Positions 11,359 to 22,450 of a stretch of 64,000 bases of DNA are shown here, piece by piece (positions within the stretch are counted from its first letter, which is position 1; each line of letters opens with the position of its first letter). The DNA is taken from NCBI GenBank assembly GCA_017654855.1, contig CM030338.1, positions 806,001 through 870,000 of the forward strand, in the 5' to 3' direction. The notes below the pieces were generated by a model. The model had not been told where the DNA came from. It did not search any database and was given only the letters and a program-made list of their open reading frames with translations. Made by a program: the position numbers and the translations under genes. This DNA is from Podospora anserina (taxonomy: Eukaryota).

Positions 11359-14098
11359 ATGGGGGGCGGAGGAGGAACTGATGTCGCAAATGGGGAGGAG
11401 GCTGTTGTTTCTGCCACGCACAACAACACCAATGCTGGAGATGATGCAGCACAGCAACAACAACAACCTGCGCTGCATGTCATTGTTCTTGTGAGTTGGT
11501 TATTCCTATTGTCTTCATCATCATATCTGGAGTTTTCTCTTTGGTCTTCCTTTTCCTTCAGTTTGTTTTTATTTTATTTTTATACTCCTCTTTCCCTCAC
11601 CCATGTCTTGGCCGATCTTACCTCCGGTTGCCGGTCGTCAACCTTGTCCAGCTTCGGGGGGGTCCACTGAAGGAAGTTCAGCTCCACACGATTAAACTGG
11701 CTGGACCCCACCAACATTCAGCCCACCAAGACCGCCTGCCCCTCCCCCTCCCTCTCTGAAGGGTAAATCTCATGCACCTACCCGCGACCCCCTCCCCCGT
11801 CCAGGGCAGTCTCTGTTCTCGAACAAGCCAACAAAGACCACGGAGAGAACAAAGCCACAGGCACAGATGTTGTTGTCTGGTTCAGTCTGTGTTGCGTCAT
11901 GGAACACCCCATGACTCTTGGGCCAGTGACAAAGAATGCTTTGTCGTTCCATCTTACCTCGCTGATCCAGCTTGGTCTCAGCGCGGTGGTGGCTTGCTCG
12001 ATTCCACTCTGTCGGGTCGCTGGGGTTGTTGGGCCATGAAGACATGTTGCGGCTTCTAGACTGGTCTTTTTTTTTTTTTTTTTTCTACGTCTTCTATACT
12101 GTTTACTTTTTTGTCTTTCATGCTTGTGCAAATGTAAATAATAGCTAATATGTGTTTTGTACGTAGGGCTCGGGAGGCGGGCCGTTCGAAAATAATGTCA
12201 CCTCGTTCTTAGTACGGTCTGTCTCGTCAAAATGGGGCAGGAGTTCGGTTGTTGCTTTTGATGCTGGTGTTCATCTGGGGGCTATCGCGAAGATATTGGA
12301 GGACACCCAACCAATGACGTTGACAAAGGAGTCGCTTCCACATACTCTGACTACCGGTCCTTTTGCCGGACTCGAGATCAATAATGTCAGCCCCAAGGCG
12401 AACGCCCTTGATATTGTGCAGGACTTGGTCGAGACCTATGTCATCAGCCACCCGCACCTGGACCACATTGCTGGGTTGGTCGTCAACACTGCTGGCATGC
12501 GCCGACCCAAGAGGCTAGCCGGTCTTCCAGTGACGATAGAGGGGTTCAAGAAACACATTTTCAACAATATCATCTGGCCAAATTTGAGCGACGAGAACAA
12601 CGGCCACGGGCTGATTACTTACATGAGGCTGGTGGAGGGTGGCTCTCCAGCTCTCGGGGAGGGGGACACCAGAGGCTATCTCGAGATAGGGGATGGCCTA
12701 GCCATCAAAGTCTTCAGCGTCAGCCACGGCCACTGTGTAGAGAAACACAGCCACCGAGGCAGCACAACCAGCATGCGACACGGCAGCTTCGACGCCTCTT
12801 CCCTCGGCCCGGCGTCGTTCGATCTCAGAGGTAGCATGTCCGGCCGCCGCTCCCCCAGCAGGTCAATAGCCCTAGGCCTCAACCACCCCGGCACGAGCAT
12901 CTCCCTCCCGCCATTCATCCAGCTCCAACAACAAGAACGCGCCCAATCAGTCGCCCCCGGCCGAACCTCTTCCCTGTCTGACCGACTCCCCCTCGAAGAA
13001 TCCTACTGCGTCTACGACAGCTCGGCCTACTTCTTCCAGCACGTCCCCACCGGAAGGGAAATCCTCATGTTTGGCGACGTCGAGCCCGACAGCGAAAGCC
13101 TCACGCCCCGCAACCTATTCGTCTGGCAGATTGCCGCGCCCAAGATCGCGGCGGGGAAATTAACAGCCATTTTTATCGAGTGCAGTTATGACAACTCTGT
13201 CACCCGGGACAGGTTATACGGCCACCTGGCACCGAGATATCTCGCCGAAGAAATGACGGCTCTGGCAAAGGAGGTTTTGGCAGCGAAAAACGCGCCCCCT
13301 GCACCACCACCACCACCGCAGACATACCCTTCTTCTCGAAGACCAAGCCATGCTTCTGTCATGCCTAAATCCCGAAGGACAAGCCACGCGGAGAATGTGC
13401 TCTATCCTCAGAGCAGAAGGGGTAGCATAACCAGTGCCCCGGCTGCCGACAACAAAAAACGGAAGAGGGAAGCCGGTGGTGCTTCGGGATTGGAAGATGG
13501 GGCGAGCATACAGCTGTCCAAAAGAAAAAGTACACCCCAGCCGCAGGTCAAAACGGAGGGGACGGGGGCGGGGAATACAAAGCAGCCGGAAAAGGAGGAC
13601 CATCCCATATCACCGAGGACGGTGCAGCCTAATCGTCGGGCTGTAGATGGCACCGTTCCACAAGATTACTTTTTGCAGGGTGGGAATAATCAGGGGGGTG
13701 GAAACCAACCACCTACACCGCACCTGGCGACCCCAACGGGGGAGTTGAGCTTGTCGGACGTCGAACCTGCTGGTGTCCGACCCCCCCAGGAGGATGTCAA
13801 CATGCAGGAGGGCCCGGCGACGCCGCTGAGCAACGACCCCTATGCTACACTGACCGAGTCGGTAGAAGGAGATGGCGACGACGAAAACCAAGACAAGGAG
13901 ATGATGGAAGAGGAGAATGAGCTGAGAGGGCTGTTGAGGGGGTTGAAGGTGGTGATTATACATGTCAAGGACAAGTTGGGGGAGGACGGGGTGGAGGCGA
14001 GGGAGGTTATACAAGAGGAACTGAGGGAGGTGGAGAGGGGGTTGGGGTTGGGGTGTGAGTTTGTTGTCTGTAGGCAGGGGGATAGTTTGTTTTTATAG
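11359..14098 (+). CDS. PDE1: Low-affinity (class II) 3',5'-cyclic nucleotide phosphodiesterase
   Basis: Exon 1 (11359-11490, ending PALHVIVL) joins across a 676-nt GTGAGT...GCTAAT...TAG intron (11491-12166) to GSGGGPFENNVTSFLVRS. It carries the class II PDE signature ISHPHLDHIAG plus FNNIIWPNL, FGDVEPDS, IFIECSY, LYGHL and VIIHVKD. Confidence 0.92.
12067..12084 (+). repeat. Poly(T)18 tract in the PDE1 intron
   Basis: Read directly from the sequence. Confidence 0.9.
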
Positions 14099-14752
14099 GT
14101 ATGATGTGATGATATGTATGAGGGATGAATGGTACTGATGGGTTTGATTATAATGGCAAATCATGATGGAATTTTGCAAACGTAAAGATGTATTACGGGA
14201 TATGTGGTGATGATCCGGGTGAGCGGGGGATCATCACTGTGTCTGCTTGCGCTTCCCTCCTCTTGGCAATTTTACATGATACCCATTCTTCATTGGGTTT
14301 TGGAGGTTTCAATCGGGAGGGGAGGAGGGTAGGTTACTTTGTGCAATATTGTACAACATTGTTTTCAACATGTCTTTCCACGTTATAATGCAAAATGGGA
14401 TTGAAGTAAATATAAATAATATACTAGGTATATATTAATAAAGTAGGTAGGCACTAAATATCCAAAGGTAACCAACCTCTTCCCCCCACCGGATATGTCA
14501 GATGATGATGATGATGATAATAATAATATGACTAAAAAACAATGCTTTGTTCCGCCCCTGTTTTGTGCCGTCCGTTGACCCCAACCAATCCTAACCTCCC
14601 CTGTTTGTTTATCTCGTGTGAATCACAAAAGATCTCGACAATATAAATAACCTCCCGAAACGCCTTTGCAATGGTATAATCCCCCCTCTTCCCTTTCCCC
14701 CAACCTTATTACTTTTGATATCCCCTTATCCCGCCAGGTTCCAAATCCAAAA

Positions 14753-16967
14753 TTACCTACCTTCTGCTGTCCCCTCCCCCTTTTCCATCTCCATCTCCCT
14801 CCTCCTCTTCTCCCTCGCCTTCGCCTTCTGCTCCATAAACAACCTCATGTCCGCATCCGAAAACAAATCCGCCGAAATCAGCACCTTCTGCTCCGCCACC
14901 ACCATCCCCGCCCCCGCCCCCGCCCCCCTCCTCCCAGATGAAGAGTCCTGCTGCTGCACGCTGTAGACCTGGAACGGCAGCTGGGGTGCCTCGCCCGGGA
15001 GCTCAACCTGCGTCATGGGGTGGAATTCGGGGTAGTACCCGTCCTTTGTGGGGGGTAGTTCCGCTCCGGCTTGGGGTTCGGGCATGTTGCGGATGGCTCC
15101 CTTGGTCATGGCTTCGAACTCGATCTGGGAGGCATAAGGGGGGAGGCCGCCTACGGGTGAGGAGGCGCCGAGGAGGGGGGATTCGTCCCAGGAGAATTGG
15201 CGTTCGTGGTGGTGGTGGTGGTAATCGTTTCGGTCGTGGTTTTGTTCTGATACCTCGGCGATCGCGGGGACTTGGTAGGGGGGCTGCTGTTCTGGGTAGT
15301 TTGGTTCGTGGTAGGTTTGCTCTTGGTAGCGGCGGTTGATCATGGTGTCGTCTGGGGGGACGGTGGGGGAGACCACTTGTGGGGTTGGTGTTACTCGGTT
15401 GGGACCATAAGATGTGACGGCGTTGGGCGACACAGTATGTCGCGGTGGGGAGGGGTGCGGATGTGGTAGTTGTTCGGGTATTGATGATGGCCTGGGTGGG
15501 ACTGCTGCTGGTGCCGGGGCCGGGATGCTGTAGCCCGTGTAATTGGGATATTCTGGGAAATCAGGCACGATCGGCATTACTGGTACCACCGGGACGGCTG
15601 CTATGCTGTCTGGTGAGCTGTGGGGAGAGGTCCTCCTCTCTAGTTCTATTACTCGTGGTGTAGGTCGTGGTAATGTTGGGGTAACGGGGTTAGGGCCGTA
15701 TGAGATGACCGGGGGGATGGCTGTGTTGTGTTGTGATTTCAGACGAGCAGCGGCGAGTTCATCTGCCTCCATGCTTCGTTCCTGCGGCGGCGACCAGTAG
15801 CTGTTTTGGTGGGGTGCTGTCGGCGAGTGATGGCCGTTTGTTGGTGAGTGAGAGTGGCTGGTGAGAGAATGTAGCGAGCGAACATCTTCGTATCCCATCG
15901 ACCCCGGAAACCCATCGTAGACCGGCTGTATGGGAAACAGTGCCTCTTCGTCCGACCTTGCCGACACTATCGAGGGCGCGCCAGGACTGCGCTTCTCCGG
16001 TTTCCTCCCCTTGCCACGTTCATGATCCATGATGGCACCGAGGTGATCGGCATCCTGGCCTCGGCGACGGCGCCTGAAGAATACCATGGCGATAACGGCG
16101 ACAATGGCGACGCAGATAAGGCTGATGCCAATGCCGATACCAGCTTTGGCTCCAGAGCTGAGACTGTCTCCCCCGGCCTGGGGTTCCGAAGGCTCTGAGA
16201 CGACGGTTGTGGGGGCCGTCGAGGTTGTTTCTGCTCGAAGCTGCAGATGTTTCTGCCGGCGGGTCGTTGTAGTTGTCCGTCTCGGCGCGGCGGGTACGGG
16301 TACTGGCGTCGATATCGAGACTATCGGCGAAGTGCCGGTCGCTGGGCGCTGATTCGTCAAGACCACAAACCTATCGCTAACGTCTCCACAATCCCCAGAC
16401 TCTGAGGTGAGCTCGAACCAGCAGGGAGCGTTTATGGAGGAAAAGTTCAGTTGAAGGCGAGCGGAGCCGTTGAACGGGCTGGCATGGCGGGTGCTGAGCT
16501 CTGAAGGGGTGGTACAAATATCGCATCAGTCAGCAACCCGGCAGTGGTGACAGCAGGCGTGCAGAAGGGGGCAAGCCACTATCGAGAAGTAGGGGGGAAG
16601 TGCTGTGCTTGGCACCTCAGCCCGAGAGAGAGAGAAAGGAAGTGGTGGGGTGAGAGACTCGAAAGGAGATGGAAGTGGAAAGAAACAACTGACTCTGGAC
16701 GGCTGCTTTGCCGTCTTGACCTCCACACCAACACGACAGAGTGGGATTGGCAAGGGTGGACCGGTACGAGACGGTCAGGATGTCGAGATGGTAGAAGAAG
16801 TCGAGATTCTTGGGAAAGAGAAAGTCGGCTCCGCACTTGTTCGCGGTCGTTGCGGAAGCGGGTGCGCTTGCGACGGCGCCGCCGCCAGGTCCAGAAGCTG
16901 CTGTCAGCAGACTCGGGCTTCTCGCTAGGATGGTGTCCGCCGTCGCCGTCGCCGTCGCCATCGCCAT
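14753..16967 (-). CDS. Single-pass membrane protein: Cys-containing ectodomain, Ser/Thr-rich stalk, one TM helix and a Pro-rich cytoplasmic tail (Mid2/Wsc-like architecture); start uncertain
   Basis: An intron at about 16693-16501 (GTCAGT...GCTGAC...CAG) joins ...SCWCGGQDGKAAVQ to KLSTRHASPFNGS...PCWFEL. The TM segment LSSGAKAGIGIGISLICVAIVAVIAMVFF is followed by the stop-transfer sequence RRRRR. The first in-frame ATG is at 16967. Confidence 0.8.
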
Positions 16968-18636
16968 CACGGCCGAGGAGCCAGGAAGGAGAGGCGAGAT
17001 TATGGTTTCAAAAGACACATTTGCAACAGGATCACGCAAATAGCAGCAAACAAACACTTTGGTGGAGAGAGTGACGCCCAAAAGAGACACAAGAATCAGA
17101 GGAATACCCGACAAAAGAAGAAGGACAGGGGAGGGGTGCTGTGGTCTGGGTGGTCGGTGTTCTGAAGGGAAGGAAAGCCGGGTGACAGGCCGTCGATGGG
17201 CTGAAGAACAGCGGGATGGGATTGGATGGCAGCAGCCAAGACCGCCCCCAATCTCTCGGGACCCCGTCCGGCTGCCCTACGAAGCACAGAAGACCATCGC
17301 GATGCCACCCCAGCGGGCTGTTGGTACTTGGTCTTCGGTCTTGGTTCTCTTGCTTGTTTCTGCGGCAGTTCCTTGAAGACAAATGCTGCGCGCCGCCATC
17401 TCGCTTGCCCTGCCCACTGCGACTCCGTGTTCGTTGCAGTGTTGATGCGCCCAAGATGCCCCAACCAGTCAAGACGCTGCCCGGGGCCCAGCCTTTGGAG
17501 AGACAAGTGTATCAGCCCCGACCCGCGTCTCGTCTCGTCTCGTCCTGGTGAGGTCTGCCAGGGCCTCCGAATGGTGGTGTGATTCTTGGGGCGAGGCTCT
17601 GTGCCGGCTACTTGCATGCCACAGTGTTACAACTTCGTGATGGCGAGGCTTTCTTGCTCTGCATGTCTTGCCGTCTCTCCACAGCCAGCTCGTGAGAACT
17701 GTATGCCCATCATATCATAGAAAAGTGAGACCGAGAGATCTTGCCGTACCTTGTCTGACAGAATCTGTAAGTGAGGGTGCCAACAAAAGCCAACGTGCGC
17801 TTCTCACTTCGCCCTGAGCCATATTTAGCTTAACGGTTCTCCACCGACGCTCGCGTGGGGCGCATAGCGTCCAACCGGGACAAGGGTGATTGGATGGTTG
17901 AGCGCGTGGGATTTCAGCTGAATGATCGAAACCTCAAACAGTCTCCCCGAGAGGAGAAGATATGCGCATGGCTTGATGACCCCATCACAGCACCTGGAGC
18001 CAGGAGGCATGGCAAATTCCCGGTCCGAAGGCCGCGCCCATGGCCGGGGCAGCCCGCTCCGTGCGGGTCCTCCCAGAATCCTCGCTGTCGTACAAAATGG
18101 ATGATGAATGGACTGCCGAAAATATCAGACATCTTCCTGCAAGAACAAAACGTGGTCAGCTTATTCCGGGCACCTGACGTCAATTGGTTCCCGACTTTTT
18201 CTTTGAGATCTGACACGGTCAGCCCTATAGCTGCTGCCATCCGGCCCACTTCTCGTTGCCTGGCGTCCGGGGCATTCAGCATTGCCAGGTCTACACATGG
18301 CTGGCTGATGACAAAGAGTCCGTAGTTGTAGACATATACATCCATGTTGAACTTTGGCAGAACACTGACTGCCAGCATCCTATGTCGACGTGCTTGTGTA
18401 AGCCGGGTCCCTTGGCCCGCCGCCTCCACATCTTCCGGCCCTCATTCCGCCTTCCGTTACCCGATGACAAGCGCAGCTATCATTATCGCCGACGACCCCT
18501 CCCCCACCTTGTGCCGGCATCAACGCCGATATCAACATCACCACCAGTGACCCTATTTACATCCGCACCAACCCCGGGTTTTTACTACAGGTCTTTCCGA
18601 ACAGTAAGCCCTATACTCGGTAAACAACAGCCCACC

Positions 18637-19545
18637 ATGGCCGCCGAAAACACCTCCAACTGGGAGTCCAAAATCCAACGTAACCCTCACCCCGACTTCA
18701 AAGCCGTTGAAGCCTCCCGCCCCCCCTTTGACACCACCAAAACCTTTTCCTATACCCAAACCCCCCAGCCCTCCTGGACATTTGGTGCTGGCGCCAACCA
18801 CCTCTCCACCCGACAAGACAAAGAGAAACCCCACCGCCAAATCGACCCCTACTCCCCCACCCGCCCAGCCCACCTCAACTACAAACTCCTCATCTCAGCC
18901 ATCGTCCCCCGCCCCATCGCCTTCGTCTCAACAGTCTCCCCCGATGGCAAAGTAACCAACCTCGCCCCCTTCAGTTACTTCACCGTCATCTCCCACGACC
19001 CCCCTCTCTTCATCATCGGCTTTGCCTCCTCCCTGGTGAACCCTGACCCCACCAAAGCAAAGGACACCCTCCGCCAGCTTGACGAAGTAAAAGAGTGCAC
19101 CATCAACATCATTTCTGAAAGCTTCCTCGAGGCGGCGAATTCCACCGCCATCAACGCGCCGTACGGGGTGTCAGAGTGGGATGTTAGCGGTCTGACGCCC
19201 GTGTATGATTGCGAGCATGTCAAGGCGCCGAGGGTGAAGGAGGCGGTTTTCAGCATTGAGGGCAAGTTGGAGAGTCTGAGGGGGTTTGAGAGCAAGAGCA
19301 CGCCTGGGAAGGTGAGCAGTACCATGGCGGTGGTTGAGGGTGTCAAGTTCTGGGCGAGGGAGGATGCGATCAATGAGGAGGGGAGTTTGCTGGATATTGA
19401 GGTTTTGAGGCCGATAAGCAGGTTGGGCGGGATCACCTATGGGAGGGTGACGGAGGGCGTGGAGCTGCCGAGGCCGGATTTTGCGAAAGATCTTGGGGGG
19501 CACGAGGGGGCGGCCAAGTTGGAGAGGAGGGAGCAGGTGAACTGA
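18637..19545 (+). CDS. Flavin reductase-like FMN-binding protein (DIM6/NTAB family)
   Basis: Motifs YKLLISAIVPRPIAFVSTVS, NLAPFSYF, KDTL and RPISRLGGITYGR. ATG at 18637 in CACCATGG context; the frame is open further upstream. Confidence 0.9.
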   Translation: MAAENTSNWESKIQRNPHPDFKAVEASRPPFDTTKTFSYTQTPQPSWTFGAGANHLSTRQDKEKPHRQIDPYSPTRPAHLNYKLLISAIVPRPIAFVSTVSPDGKVTNLAPFSYFTVISHDPPLFIIGFASSLVNPDPTKAKDTLRQLDEVKECTINIISESFLEAANSTAINAPYGVSEWDVSGLTPVYDCEHVKAPRVKEAVFSIEGKLESLRGFESKSTPGKVSSTMAVVEGVKFWAREDAINEEGSLLDIEVLRPISRLGGITYGRVTEGVELPRPDFAKDLGGHEGAAKLERREQVN

Positions 19546-19979
19546 GGATGAGTCGAGTATAAACGGGTATATAGACATTGATAAGATGTTAGATCATGTT
19601 TGGCATAGATTATGTGAATGCATAAAAGGCCCACCTGGTCGATGGCGCCTTCCCTGGTTGTGTGGTAGAAGGGGGTTCCTTCCTCAGTCTAATGAATGTG
19701 AGTTGTTCCTGCCGTAAGTATACAAATGCCACCCACCCTACGAGACTGGGAAGGTTCGGGCCCAAGTCCTTCTGATGTCGTCGATATAGGTATTCACAAC
19801 AGATGTTTTAACAAAGTCATCTCATCCGTAAGCTACACATATCTTGTTCACTTTCGTTGCCGACATCAATATATCTTCCTTCGTTTATTGACATCATCTA
19901 CCACCACTCGTTATCATCCGTCCACCTGCCAATCAGGCATTGGACACCCATCTTCGCCGGGAACACTCGTTTTGCCAGC

Positions 19980-21938
19980 ATGACATCCACCCCCAACACT
20001 CACCACGGCGTTCCTCCTTCTTCCTCATCCACGCCAGTCTTACAAGCTCCAGCAACCGAGAAGAAAGCCCCCCTTCCTCCACTCCCTCCACCTCGCCAGC
20101 ACCAACCCCCACCTCAACTCTTCACTTGCACATTTTGCTAGCGGCTCTCCTCCCCTTCGCCTTGGAATTCAAAACCTCACGTTCTCGGCTCCTCGGCCCG
20201 TTTAGCATGCCACGCCTGCTACATAGCCATCACCAACCTGGCAATATGCTGGGTCTGCAACGAAATGGTCTTCCGCGGGGAGGACTGTGTCAGCTTGGGG
20301 TGGTGCTTCTGGCACAAGGCATGCTACGGGTGTTTATTCTGCGGGTGCAAGAATGTGGTCAGGGGAACACCGCTCAAGGAATGGTTTGAGGACGATGGAA
20401 CTGGAGAGGAGGACAAGGCGAAGGAGGTGGACACGGTACCGATGTGTATCAACTGTTTGGTTGATGTGCAAGATCAGCAGGGTGCAGAGGGAGAACAAGT
20501 GAGCGAGGCCGAGGTGGTGCAGAAGGCGCTGAGAAAGGTGGAGAGGGCCGAGGGGGATAATGGGCTGGCGAGGGGTAGGTGGGAGGGGTTGAGAAAGGGG
20601 TATAATGAGAAGAAGATTCATTTGCATAGGCGGGTCAATGAGGAGGGGGCAAGGTCGGATTTTGATGAGGGAGGTGATCAGGGGAATGACCAGACGACTA
20701 TTTACGTGTCGCTGTCTGACCCGCTGGGAGAGATATCGTTTCGACCGAGTCCGACAAAAGGGATTCCGTCTTTCTTGCAGCCTTCGCCCGCCTCGCCGGT
20801 TCAGTCTTCTCATCAAGTTCCTGTCCCAACGCAGCAAGAGTCCCGGATCAGGCGCCACAATGTCCGTTCGTACTCTTCGAGGGTCAGCAACAACTCCCAC
20901 GCATCCACCGTCCGTCTCGAAGATCGGTATTTCTCTACTTCGGATAGCAACAGAACGCAGTACCCTCACAGCGAGATGTCAGAGGTGCCTTCACTCCAAA
21001 ACACACCACCCACAAGCAGCCCACGACGATTTATCCACCGCGGTGCACCATTCGTCTCTAACCAGACTCTCCCCTCCTCGCCCATCCAAAGAGAAGCAGC
21101 CCCCCAGGACAGCCTGTCACACAACTCAACCACGTTCTCCTCATACGAAACCCCCCCAGAGTACCCTTCTTCCCCCGTCTCATCATCAGGCCGACAAAGC
21201 CAAAGTTTAGGAGCTGACGACCCCTTCACTAAGATCGACTCGAGGATGAACCGAGCCACCTCCTACAACCTATTCCCTACAGCATCACACACAGGCGTGA
21301 CATCGACACGACAGTACTCCTCCTACCATTCCCTCCGTTCAAACCCATCCGCGAGAGTAGAACCCCCCGTGATGTCGATCCACATCCACCAAACCAACCC
21401 AAGGATGTCAACCGAGTATCTCCAGCCCCAGCGGCAAGCTCACCAGTCGAGGTCATCACCACAGTTGCAGCCACCACCAGCGCTGTCGATCACGCCAATC
21501 AACACCCCACCGGCACCTGTTGTTCTTATTGGGAATAACACAACACCCACTAACAACCCCAAACAGGGTTTCCTCCGGCGGACAGTCTCTGGAAGAAAAC
21601 GACAAAAGTTTCCTCGAGGAGAGGATGAAGAGGCACGGATGGCAAAAATTGGCACAGGGAAGAATGGTAGCCTGGCTACCGCGCCAGCAGTGAAAGCAGA
21701 GCCCAGCGCTGGACGGGTTCAAACCCCGGAGATGGTGGCCACCACCGCCACCACCGTCACCACCACAAGAGGTCACCAAGAAATAGGGCAGACGATCCCT
21801 ATCGGTGCCCTTGAGGGAAGAGATGAGAAAAAGGGGGGAAGCGGCGGTAGTGGTGGTAGTGGCAGCGGGAATGGGGGGAGCAGTCGCAAGAGGAGAAGTG
21901 TACAAGCCGACCTTTTGAGGAGGTTTTTTGGACGATGA
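19980..21938 (+). CDS. LIM-type zinc-finger protein (652 codons) with one in-frame TAG at 20139-20141, a candidate edited or read-through stop
   Basis: The frame from ATG 19980 continues through the TAG without further stops into the 557-aa ORF. It reads CTFC*RLSSPSPWNSKPHVLGSSARLACHACY...CWVC-x18-HKACYGCLFC...CINC, i.e. a half-LIM finger plus a LIM-like domain. Confidence 0.75.
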
Positions 21939-22450
21939 CTCAAACAACTGATAGAGATATGAGTAGGTATCAAGACAACGCATAACTACATCTCCAATGA
22001 TGAAAAAGCAGCAGCTCGTGCAAAAAATAGCTCTCAAGTTGATAATCCTACAGAACTCCCATGCTCATCCGACAAGCCCAATCCCCAGCCTATTAACGCC
22101 ATTTTCCCCCCTTCTTCATATGAAAAATTTCTCCCGTTGTCCCGAAGGCCGCCGCTGCCGCCGCCTTAAACTCCCCTCAAATGATGACGTGTAATGTATC
22201 GTTACAAGTGAATATAAAAAAGCAACCCAGATAACTTATGCACCTTTCCCACTCCCCTAATAATACCAGTATCAACTCCCAAGGAAGCTTTTCTTCGTCA
22301 AGGCTAACTAAGAATGTGGTGTCACCCACAACGCCCAAAGCTCCCCCGTATCGAAAAGCCACCGACTGCCCTATCCCAACAATATGCTTCATCACCGGCA
22401 GCAAACGCCAAGTGATTGACATGGCAACACAAGGCCAAGTGGGAGTGTCT

